A stretch of DNA of 23,267 bases from Leptolyngbyaceae cyanobacterium. Lineage in GTDB: Bacteria; Cyanobacteriota; Cyanobacteriia; Phormidesmidales; Phormidesmidaceae. The DNA lies in NCBI GenBank assembly GCA_050331235.1, contig JBHJHA010000113.1:1-23267 (forward strand), written 5' to 3'. Made by a program: the position numbers and the translations under genes. The notes beneath the pieces are model-generated. The model did no database searches. It saw only the letters and a program-made list of their open reading frames with translations, and was not told where the DNA came from. The first letter of the stretch is position 1. The number at the start of each line of letters is the position of its first letter. Positions 1-8,089 of this stretch are shown piece by piece.

Positions 1-274
1 CATCCAACCCGGCAGCCATGGCAATCGCTACCGGCGGTCTACCGACAATATGCCAAGGTCAACACGGAGTACTGGGAGGCCGACGAAACGGTCATGCCTC
101 GCAAGCGTCACTTCGCTATCGGCAAAGAGAGTGGGTTAACAAGCTATCGCGAACGCCTGAACAACACGATTTGGCAGCGGATATCGCGGCTAGTGAGAAA
201 GACGCTGTCGTTTTCCAAGAAAGTAGAGAATCATATCGGTGTCATCTGGACGTTCATTACTTCCTGCTATTGCC
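1..274 (+). mobile_element. Degenerate IS1-family element remnant (3' part of an InsB-type transposase plus probable right end)
   Basis: Frame +1 from base 1 reads ..WQSLPAVYRQYAKVNTEYWEADETVMPRKRHFAIGKESGLTSYRERLNNTIWQRISRLVRKTLSFSKKVENHIGVIWTFI. This matches the cyanobacterial IS1 InsB C-terminus (WxSLPxVYRQ..YTDxW..GKxSGxTxxIERxNxT.RQR.SRLVRKTLSFSK). Similarity stops after WTFI, and TATTGCC at 268-274 resembles an IS1 terminus. The ORF runs on to a stop at 324. Confidence 0.85.
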
Positions 275-369
275 TCCGTCCTTTACTAAAAAGCACGACC
301 CAAAAGCTAATCATTAATGATTAGCTCGGCCTAGATTCGCTATTGTTTAGCCTTTGGAGTTTTGAGAGA

Positions 370-1104
370 CTAGTTCTTAGGTCGACGAGAGGCGGCAAAC
401 GTACCCCCCAACATTCCTAAAGACAATAGAGATAGACCAACGGGTTCAGGTACAGACTGACTAGGAGCTTCGTAACCAGTCTTGATTTGGTAAGCCAATT
501 TGCTGTTGGTGGGAATCGAGCTTCCAGTCCAAGAGAACGTTGACTGCCCCGTCAGGGTAAAAGCACTGCTGAAATCAGTGATCTTGATGTAATCAATAGT
601 GTCGCCATCTTCCGAACGCACAGTACCGGTGTAGGTTTTGCCATCAATCATCAGATTGCTGAGTTCGGTAACACTACCATCGTTGTTCGAACGGGTTCGA
701 ATGTAGAGGGCATTGATACCGGTGGTCAAATCATCAACACCAAAAGCGTTTAATGGGTTTCCATCAACTGTGTAGGACACGCTGCCGGCCCCGTCATAAG
801 ACACTTCAAAGTCAACGGGTACGCCATTCTGCCAGGCAAACTGACCTTGAGCCGCCGGTGGGCCACCGGGTCCGGGCGGCTCAACTTCGAGAATGGCGAA
901 TTCATAAGTTCCATTGAGCCGGCCATTACCGCTGCGGCTTTCCACGATGAAGTCTTCGCTAAAGGTGCCGTCGTCAATGAGCTGATTAAAGTCTGTATCG
1001 CTCAGTCCCGGTAAAGGTTGAAAGGAAACTGCCATCGCCGCGTCGGCCAATAGCGTCATAGCAACAGCCGTAGCTAGCCCGAAGGTCAGATGTAGACTTT
1101 TCAT
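370..1104 (-). CDS. PEP-CTERM sorting-domain surface protein (possibly choice-of-anchor W type)
   Basis: N-terminal signal peptide (MKSLHLTFGLATAVAMTLLADAAMA), an acidic Gly/Ser/Thr-rich body, and a C-terminal VPEP + hydrophobic segment + basic tail (SRRPKN). The ATG at 1104 is preferred over the GTG at 1125. The choice-of-anchor W label is recalled from the SKLAYQIKTG motif and is unverified. Confidence 0.9.
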   Translation of the reverse strand: MKSLHLTFGLATAVAMTLLADAAMAVSFQPLPGLSDTDFNQLIDDGTFSEDFIVESRSGNGRLNGTYEFAILEVEPPGPGGPPAAQGQFAWQNGVPVDFEVSYDGAGSVSYTVDGNPLNAFGVDDLTTGINALYIRTRSNNDGSVTELSNLMIDGKTYTGTVRSEDGDTIDYIKITDFSSAFTLTGQSTFSWTGSSIPTNSKLAYQIKTGYEAPSQSVPEPVGLSLLSLGMLGGTFAASRRPKN

Positions 1105-1255
1105 AACAAGTAGATTCACGTACAAGTCTTTTTGAAGTCTAAGAATGGTGGCAGCGTCTACACCGCTCTACGTCGAGCTCTTGCGACAATCTTTACTAAA
1201 TAATAGTGACTATGAAGTTATGGGAAACCTGAACACCCCAAAACTCAAAATATCC

Positions 1256-2152
1256 TCAGTAGAGTTCGCCAGAAAGTAGCGGCAGCAGCAACGTCACGAA
1301 GTAGTACACAATGGGCGCGGTAAACACGTAGCTGTCGGTGCGATCAAGGATGCCGCCGTGGCCGGGAATCAGATCGCCCGAATCTTTGACCCCAGCATCG
1401 CGCTTCATCAACGACTCAGTGAGGTCGCCCAGTAAGCTAGTAATACCGATCAAGGCACCCAACGCGCCTCCGGAAATGGGACTCAGGGGCCAGCCTAGGA
1501 GGAATGAGCCGACTAACCCGACCAGGATGCTGGCTGACATCCCAGAGACAGCACCTTCAACGGTTTTCTTAGGACTGATGTTAGAAAGGGGCGTTTTACC
1601 CAAAAATCGACCGACCAAATAAGCGCCGATATCAGCGGCGCAGATACAGCCAAAGGCCAGTAGTGTAGCGGTGAGGCCCGGCGGTAGCATCGTGACATCA
1701 ACCGGCCACGTGGGCCAAAATCCCTCTAGCGGTAAAGTGCTGGCAGAGGCCAAATCTCGCAGACGAATCCAATAGCTCGGTAAGTACACGCCATAGAATA
1801 AACCTAAAATTGAAGCTGCCACATCGGCGATCGTGGCAAACTTTGGCTGAAAAAGTAGATAGAAACAGATAAACGTGCCCCCCAACGGCAATATAGCGTT
1901 GGCCAATGGCGGAGATACGTGGGCGCATACCAACAGCAGTTGGCTGACCAGCAGTGTTGTTTTCGCTGCGGGCAAAATTCCCTTTGCCTGAACCAGTTGG
2001 AAGATTTCTCGCTGTCCGAGGAACACGATTACGCCAAGAGCAGCGGTAAAATACCACCCCCCCAGCACCACAATGAGGAAGGCGAACAGGATGGCAACGA
2101 GGGCGCTAATCGTTCTGGTCAAGGGAAACTCACGGCTAATGCAATGGGACAA
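1256..2152 (-). CDS. cdsA: Phosphatidate cytidylyltransferase (CDP-diacylglycerol synthase)
   Basis: Multi-pass membrane protein with ADIGAYLVG, ISPKKTVEG and GDLTESLMKRDAGVKDSGDLIPGHGGILDRTDS signatures. The start is uncertain (TTG at 2152 or 2122). Confidence 0.96.
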   Translation of the reverse strand: MSHCISREFPLTRTISALVAILFAFLIVVLGGWYFTAALGVIVFLGQREIFQLVQAKGILPAAKTTLLVSQLLLVCAHVSPPLANAILPLGGTFICFYLLFQPKFATIADVAASILGLFYGVYLPSYWIRLRDLASASTLPLEGFWPTWPVDVTMLPPGLTATLLAFGCICAADIGAYLVGRFLGKTPLSNISPKKTVEGAVSGMSASILVGLVGSFLLGWPLSPISGGALGALIGITSLLGDLTESLMKRDAGVKDSGDLIPGHGGILDRTDSYVFTAPIVYYFVTLLLPLLSGELY

Positions 2153-2564
2153 AAAGAGAATTGAGGCTGAAGATCAACGTTGAAGCGGTGATCTTCGGGC
2201 TAAGAAAATTTCTAAGTCGCGAAAGTTTCTTTGGCTCTCGAGTTAATGATAGTAAACCGAAGATGAAAGTTCGTGCCACTGCGGGCAGAGGGTGAAACAT
2301 CTACAGGTAGGAACCCGATGAATTCGGCCTCATAAAGGCGATCGCCGCAACAGGTGAGAATGCTGTCACAATCCTCCCGCTAAGCCCCCATCGCGGCAGC
2401 GGGCAACTCACTGTTTTGCAGGGGCTGACGAGAAAGCATAGCATCCGAGTTTACGTCTATTTGAATACGATTTGATCCAAAGGATTTACACATCGTCGGT
2501 GAAAATGATCACAATGGTGAGGGATACTTGAAACTAGGTCCAGATTGAAAGACTATCCAGATTT

Positions 2565-3632
2565 ATGCATAAGACTCAAGATCTGCACGTTGTCGAGACA
2601 CGCCCGCTCGCGAGTCCTGCGCTGATTCACCATGAGTTGCCGTTAACAGAAACCGCCGCAGTGCTGGTAACGGAGACTCGCGATCGCATTCGCAACATCC
2701 TCTACAACGAAGATCGACGGCTCCTGGTTATCGTAGGCCCTTGCTCAGTACATGATGTCGATGCCGCTCTAGAGTATGGCCAGCGGCTCGCCACCCTTCG
2801 AGACGAGCTGTCTGACTCGCTGGAAGTTGTGATGCGGGTTTATTTTGAAAAACCCCGCACCAACATTGGTTGGAAAGGCCTGATTAATGATCCCCATTTG
2901 GATAATAGCTACGACATCAATACTGGTTTGCGTTTGGCCCGCAAGCTGCTGCTTGATTTGGCCCACATCGGTCTACCGGCGGCCACTGAGCTGCTAGACC
3001 CGATTACGCCGCAATATATCGCCGACATCATTTCATGGACAGCAATTGGCGCTCGCACCACAGAAAGTCAGACCCATCGCGAGATGGCCTCCGGACTGTC
3101 GATGCCCATCGGATTTAAGAACAATACTGATGGCAGCTTAATGGCCGCCATGAATGCCATGGTGGCGGCTAGTGGCTCGCACCACTTTCTGGGCATCACC
3201 CATCACGGGCTGGCCAGCATTGTCACTACCACGGGCAACCCCGATGGTCATCTGGTACTGCGGGGAGGCAAGCATGGGCCCAACTACAACGAGACTTTCG
3301 TTCAAGAAGCGGCAAAAGAGCTGGCGGAGCTAGGCCTCAATCCCCGCATGATGGTGGATTGCAGCCATGCCAACTCCCAAAAAGACCACCGTAAACAGCT
3401 GGTCGTGCTAGAAAACATTGCCCAGCAGGTTAAGGCCGGCAGTCGGCATGTTTTGGGCGTGATGATTGAAAGTCATTTGGTTGAGGGAAAGCAACCGATT
3501 CCCACTGACCTATCTCAGCTTAAGTACGGGCAGAGTATCACGGATGCCTGTGTCAGCTTTGATCAGACGGCAGACATGCTGAGAAAACTGGCTGTGGCGA
3601 TCGCACCCTCCTTGCCAGCCTCAGCGACTTAG
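2565..3632 (+). CDS. aroF: 3-deoxy-7-phosphoheptulonate (DAHP) synthase, class I (AroF/G/H type)
   Basis: Motifs GPCSVHD, RVYFEKPRT, GWKGLINDP, AIGARTTESQTHREMASGLS, DCSHANS and YGQSITDAC. The feedback specificity (F, G or H) cannot be assigned. Confidence 0.95.
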   Translation: MHKTQDLHVVETRPLASPALIHHELPLTETAAVLVTETRDRIRNILYNEDRRLLVIVGPCSVHDVDAALEYGQRLATLRDELSDSLEVVMRVYFEKPRTNIGWKGLINDPHLDNSYDINTGLRLARKLLLDLAHIGLPAATELLDPITPQYIADIISWTAIGARTTESQTHREMASGLSMPIGFKNNTDGSLMAAMNAMVAASGSHHFLGITHHGLASIVTTTGNPDGHLVLRGGKHGPNYNETFVQEAAKELAELGLNPRMMVDCSHANSQKDHRKQLVVLENIAQQVKAGSRHVLGVMIESHLVEGKQPIPTDLSQLKYGQSITDACVSFDQTADMLRKLAVAIAPSLPASAT

Positions 3633-3678
3633 CTTTCCAGTCTTCGGCACGACGACTAGTTGCCAACCTTGTGAACCC

Positions 3679-3703
3679 GCAGTTCCCATCAAGTCGGAAC
3701 TGC
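3679..3703. terminator. Stem-loop between the convergent aroF and histidine kinase genes (possible bidirectional terminator or 3' stabiliser)
   Basis: GCAGTTCC-catcaagtc-GGAACTGC, a perfect 8-bp stem with no clear U-tract. Confidence 0.4.
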
Positions 3704-3707
3704 AGGC

Positions 3708-5666
3708 TTATTCTTCTTCGCCGTAGGTGTAACGCGCTAGGATCGATACTAACTCGGCATGATTGATCGGTTTACTCAGATGGTGTTGCATACCGGCAGC
3801 CAGGCAGCGATCGCGATCTTGCGGTCGAGCCAAAGCTGTCATCGCCACAATGGGAATGTCTTGCCACTGCGGCTGTTCACGAATTTGTTGGGTCAGCTCT
3901 AGCCCATTAAGCCCCGGTAGCTGAATATCCATTAGGATCAATGCCGGACGGTGCTCATTGAGCCAGATCAAAGCCTCTTGACCACTGGCCGCATGGTGAA
4001 CCTGGTAGCCCCAATGGGTCAGCATGTGCTCTAGCAACAACGCATTGATGGGGTTATCTTCGACGACTAAAATTGGCTCCGATAAAGAGGGTGCAGAGGC
4101 TTTCGCGATCGTCATGGCCGTTGGCAAGGTCGCCTCTTCAACGGTCGCGGCACCATCGCAAGTAGTTACCGCGTGGCAGTTCACCGGAAGATGCAGCGTA
4201 AACTCGCTGCCTTGCCCCACCTGTGACTGCACTGAAACATCACCGCCATGTAGGCGAGTTAACTTTTGGGTCAGGGCCAATCCGAGACCAGTACCCTCAT
4301 ATTGTTTAGACAGGGAGCCTTCTAGCTGTTGGAAGGGCTGAAACAGTGCTGGCAGTTGATCAGCAGCAATACCGATGCCCTGGTCCCACACGGTGAGATC
4401 AATAAAGGCCTCCTTATGGGTAGCGCAGACGCCGATTTCACTGCCTTTAGGGGTAAATTTAATCGCATTGGACAACAAGTTGAGCAACATCTGCCGCACG
4501 CGAATTTCGTCCGCGGTCAACATCGGTAGATCATCGGCAACTTCACAATGAACGGTCAAGTTCTTCATAGCGGCCTGGGTTTCCACCATTTTAATGACGT
4601 CTTTGCATAGGGCAGCCACATGAATCTCTGAAACCCGCAGGTCCATCTGCCCTGCTTCCACCTTGGACAGATCCAACACTTCATTGATGAGGCTCAGCAG
4701 ATGCTCTCCACTTTGATGAATTTGATTCACATAGAGCTGTTGCCGCTCATTAAGCTCGCCATAGACCGACTGACTCAGCAGAGTCGAAAATCCCAAAATT
4801 GAGGTCATCGGAGTCCGCAATTCGTGGGACATGTTGGCGAGAAATTCTGACTTCAACCGATTGGCGCGGGCGAGCTCTAGGTTTTTAGCGGCTAGTTCCG
4901 CCTCGATCTGTTCTTGCTGGGTCATATCCCGCAGGATGATGGAGACCGCGATCGCCGTATCGGCCTCATCTTCACCGTAGACCGGACTAATCGACACCAA
5001 AGCGGTAAAGGGATGCTGGTCATAGCGCTGGCAAACGATCTGACCGCTCCATCCGGCCCCCGTGGCCTGCTCCAAAAGCCATTTCACCTGATCGGCCTTA
5101 GGAAAAAAGATGCCAATATTAACTCCGGTGAGCCGCGAAGCCGGCCAGCAAAATAAGCGCTGGGTCGCTAAATTGGCATATTGAATGTTGCCTTCTAGGT
5201 CGGTGATGATGGCGCTGTCGTGGGCGGAATCCAGCGCCTTGGAAAACATTTTGAGCTGGGCTTCGACCCGCTTGCGCTCGGTGATATCACGACCGATACC
5301 CAAAGCTCCCACCAGTTGCCCAGAGCGATACAGCAGACGGCCATTAACCTCAATAAAGACGCGATCGCCCGATTTGGTCAGCACCGCAAACTCATAGTCT
5401 CGCAGCTCCCCCGTCGTCAGCAGCTGAGTAAAGACCGCGAGGGTTGGCTGCTGATACTCTGGTGCCACAATGTCTAAATAGGAGTGCCCCACCACGTCAT
5501 CCAGGCTGTCTGCCCCGATGAGCTGCAATCCATAAGAATTAACAAACGTAAAAGTCCCCGTCAAATCAAGGGTATAGACAATGTCGGAAGCCGCTTCGAC
5601 ATAGGCACGAAACAGGTTATCGGACTCAGAATCGAAGGCATCGACTTTAGTAGCGGAAGAAATCAT
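3708..5666 (-). CDS. Soluble hybrid sensor histidine kinase (PAS-PAS-HisKA-HATPase-REC)
   Basis: Two PAS/PAC domains (ending RDITERK and RDMTQQE), H-box ANMSHELRTP, N-box NLLSNAIKFT, G boxes DQGIGI and GTGLGL, and a receiver domain with VEDN, LMDIQLP and LSKP. No transmembrane segments. Confidence 0.95.
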   Translation of the reverse strand: MISSATKVDAFDSESDNLFRAYVEAASDIVYTLDLTGTFTFVNSYGLQLIGADSLDDVVGHSYLDIVAPEYQQPTLAVFTQLLTTGELRDYEFAVLTKSGDRVFIEVNGRLLYRSGQLVGALGIGRDITERKRVEAQLKMFSKALDSAHDSAIITDLEGNIQYANLATQRLFCWPASRLTGVNIGIFFPKADQVKWLLEQATGAGWSGQIVCQRYDQHPFTALVSISPVYGEDEADTAIAVSIILRDMTQQEQIEAELAAKNLELARANRLKSEFLANMSHELRTPMTSILGFSTLLSQSVYGELNERQQLYVNQIHQSGEHLLSLINEVLDLSKVEAGQMDLRVSEIHVAALCKDVIKMVETQAAMKNLTVHCEVADDLPMLTADEIRVRQMLLNLLSNAIKFTPKGSEIGVCATHKEAFIDLTVWDQGIGIAADQLPALFQPFQQLEGSLSKQYEGTGLGLALTQKLTRLHGGDVSVQSQVGQGSEFTLHLPVNCHAVTTCDGAATVEEATLPTAMTIAKASAPSLSEPILVVEDNPINALLLEHMLTHWGYQVHHAASGQEALIWLNEHRPALILMDIQLPGLNGLELTQQIREQPQWQDIPIVAMTALARPQDRDRCLAAGMQHHLSKPINHAELVSILARYTYGEEE

Positions 5667-5866
5667 TGGCCTATTTGCGCCCTCTACAGCGAGTGGTGAA
5701 TCTCAAATTGCATATCGACAGCTAGGCTCCCTAGATGGCGTAATCCTATAGACGCTTGCGCTGAGTCAACTCCAAACTGCCTGTTTTAACTTTTCACAAC
5801 AAAAGAATTAAAATCAGGGATTTTTCGTAGAGATACTGGCAAAATACGCGACAAGTGACTGTAAGC

Positions 5867-5880
5867 GTATCGCTTAATAC
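5867..5880 (-). promoter_or_regulatory. Putative NtcA-binding site upstream of the hybrid kinase
   Basis: GTATCGCTTAATAC is a GTA-N8-TAC match. On the minus strand a TATTTT (TAN3T) hexamer follows after a 20-nt spacer. Confidence 0.45.
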
Positions 5881-6060
5881 TTGCTACGAACGCTGGTACG
5901 GTGAAACTGCACAAAAAATTGAGAGTTGAAGCGTTGGAACTTGGCCTGCACGGGATATCAATCCCAAGGCACCCTAGCCCTATTAGAGCAAATTTATTGT
6001 TAGCTGTGCGACGCCGCACAGTTAGGTCACATCAGGGACAGTAGCATCGCTCTTTCAGTT

Positions 6061-6798
6061 CTAGAAGAGGGCTCTGACATATTCCCGTCGCATCCGGGCG
6101 ATGGCGTCAATCGAGATCCCCTTGGGACAGACGGCTTGGCATTCTCCATGGTTAGAGCAGTCACCAAAGCCCTCCGCCGCCATCTGTTGCGACATCGCTT
6201 GGACCCGCTGCCGGCGCTCAACTTGTCCCTGGGGGACGAGTGCCAAGTGGGCCACTTTAGCCGCAGTAAATAGCGCTGCGGAGGCGTTGGGACAAGCCGC
6301 CACACAAGCGCCACAACCAATGCAGGCAGCATAGTCGAAGGCTAGGTCAGCATCGGCTTTGGCAATCGGAATGGCATTGGCCTCAGGGGCGGAACCTGTC
6401 TTGACGGAGACGTATCCGCCCGCCGCCACAATGCGATCAAATGCGGAGCGATCAACGACTAAATCTTGTACTACGGGAAACGCTCGAGCTCGCCAAGGCT
6501 CAACCGTCAGCGTAGCCCCATCGGCAAACTCCCGCAGGTAAAGCTGGCAAGCTGCTGTCTGAGCCTGCGGTCCATGGGCTTGGCCATCGATCATCACGCC
6601 ACAGGAGCCACAGATGCCCTCACGACAGTCATGGTCAAACTCAATGGGTACCTCACCTTGTAGGCTCAATTGCTCATTGAGTACATCCAGCAGCTCTAAA
6701 AACGACATATCCGGATGAGCCCGATCAACTTGGTATGACTCGAATTGTCCAGCCTGGGTTGGGCCGGCCTGTCGCCACACATTTAGGTAAAGCTTCAT
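6061..6798 (-). CDS. sdhB: Succinate dehydrogenase/fumarate reductase iron-sulfur subunit
   Basis: [14 protein letters not shown] ([2Fe-2S]), [12 protein letters not shown] and [12 protein letters not shown] clusters, plus the [15 protein letters not shown] motif. Confidence 0.95.
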   Translation of the reverse strand: MKLYLNVWRQAGPTQAGQFESYQVDRAHPDMSFLELLDVLNEQLSLQGEVPIEFDHDCREGICGSCGVMIDGQAHGPQAQTAACQLYLREFADGATLTVEPWRARAFPVVQDLVVDRSAFDRIVAAGGYVSVKTGSAPEANAIPIAKADADLAFDYAACIGCGACVAACPNASAALFTAAKVAHLALVPQGQVERRQRVQAMSQQMAAEGFGDCSNHGECQAVCPKGISIDAIARMRREYVRALF

Positions 6799-6979
6799 GG
6801 AGTAAACAAAACAGAGTAAGGCTTTTCTACCAGTGTAGAAAGGTGATCACAAAATACTGGCTAACCTTTCAAAATGTTGCATTTGCGAGGTTCCCCAAGC
6901 CCCTGATCCCTAACCTTTTCGGTTGCCAGGCTATGGACCGGCATAGGCGCTGAATGTTTCATATTTTCCAGCCTCCGTC

Positions 6980-7903
6980 ATGCACCAAACTATTCCCGTT
7001 CTAGACCTTCAGGACTTTTTGTATGGCTCTTCCTCCGCTAGGCGGGCCTTTGTTGAGCAGCTAGGCCAGGCATTAGAAACCATTGGCTTTTTTGCTTTGA
7101 CTAAGCATGGCATCGAGGACACGCTGATCCAAGCTGGATATGCCACCGCGGCCCAAGTTTTTGCGTTACCAGCCAAGGTGAAATCGACCTATGAAGATTT
7201 GACCCTAAATGGTCAGCGGGGGTTTACGGCCTTTGGTCGTGAACATGCCAAAGATTCCCCCCATGCCGATCTCAAAGAGTTTTGGCATGTGGGACCAGAT
7301 CATCTGATGCCTGCAAATCTGTGGCCACAGGAAGTTCCAGACTTTGCTCCAACCCTGCTGGCTTTATTTGCTCAACTGCACAGCTGTGCCGAAACTTTGT
7401 TAGAGGCCTGCGCGATGTATCTAGGGCTGCCGGACTCTTTTTTGGCTTCAGCGATCGCTGATAGCCCGACTCTATTGCGGGTACTCCACTATCCCCCAGT
7501 GCCTGAGGGGCTACCAGCCAAGCAACTTAGAGCCGCTGCCCACGAAGACATTAATCTGATTACGCTGTTGTGTGAGGCTACGGCTACGGGTTTAGAGCTC
7601 CTGCAGGCCGATGGCACCTGGCTACCCGTCGCGGCCATCCCTGGGCAAATCATTGTTGACACGGGAGACATGCTGCAAAATCTGACCAATGGCCTCTTCA
7701 AAAGCACCACCCATCGGGTGATGAATCCGACCAACGATCGCGATCGCCGTTTCTCCCTTCCGTTTTTCGTCCATCCCCGCCCTGAGGTGGATCTGTCGCC
7801 CTTACCCAGTTGCATCCAGCGCACAGGAGGCCAGGAAAAGTTTCCCTGCTTAACCGCCGGTGAATATTTAATGCAGCGTTTGCAAGAGATCGGCCTCGCC
7901 TAA
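6980..7903 (+). CDS. Isopenicillin-N-synthase-family 2-oxoglutarate/Fe(II) oxygenase, substrate unknown
   Basis: DIOX_N-like start (IPVLDL..GFFAL..HGI), HxD (HED)...H (STTHRV) iron triad and RxS (RFS) 2-OG-binding motif. Confidence 0.93.
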   Translation: MHQTIPVLDLQDFLYGSSSARRAFVEQLGQALETIGFFALTKHGIEDTLIQAGYATAAQVFALPAKVKSTYEDLTLNGQRGFTAFGREHAKDSPHADLKEFWHVGPDHLMPANLWPQEVPDFAPTLLALFAQLHSCAETLLEACAMYLGLPDSFLASAIADSPTLLRVLHYPPVPEGLPAKQLRAAAHEDINLITLLCEATATGLELLQADGTWLPVAAIPGQIIVDTGDMLQNLTNGLFKSTTHRVMNPTNDRDRRFSLPFFVHPRPEVDLSPLPSCIQRTGGQEKFPCLTAGEYLMQRLQEIGLA

Positions 7904-8089
7904 ATGGGCGAGGTGATTATTCCTTGCACCCAGTCGGGGCACAGATGCTCTGATCACAGATGTTTACTTTACAAACAATCAAACGCTCAGCAGGCCCTTA
8001 CATTCACTCTTAGAATGGGGTCGAGTTGCTGTTGACGGATGTATGGTCAACTGTTCAGCCGGATTGACGTTCATTTCTTCGCTCGTTGA

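Noticed and set aside
18..317. 99-aa plus-strand ORF
   Set aside because: It is an alternative frame of the IS1 remnant; the transposase similarity is in frame +1.
2275..2358. Cobalamin-riboswitch-like words (GCCACTG, GAACCCGATGAATTCGG, CCGCAAC)
   Set aside because: The motifs are in the wrong order, the B12 box and the GGGAA core are absent, and the flanking genes are unrelated to cobalamin.
5786..6019. 77-aa minus-strand ORF between the kinase and sdhB
   Set aside because: No recognisable motifs, and it spans AT-rich promoter-like DNA including the candidate NtcA site.
6001..6024. Hairpin TAGCTGTGCG-acgc-CGCACAGTTA downstream of sdhB
   Set aside because: No U-tract on the sdhB strand, so it cannot be called a terminator. 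At most it is a generic 3' stem-loop.
7940..7962. CACAGATG repeated at 15-bp spacing upstream of the 520-aa gene
   Set aside because: Only two 8-mers with no sequence relation to the 15-bp duplication at 9743, so chance cannot be excluded.
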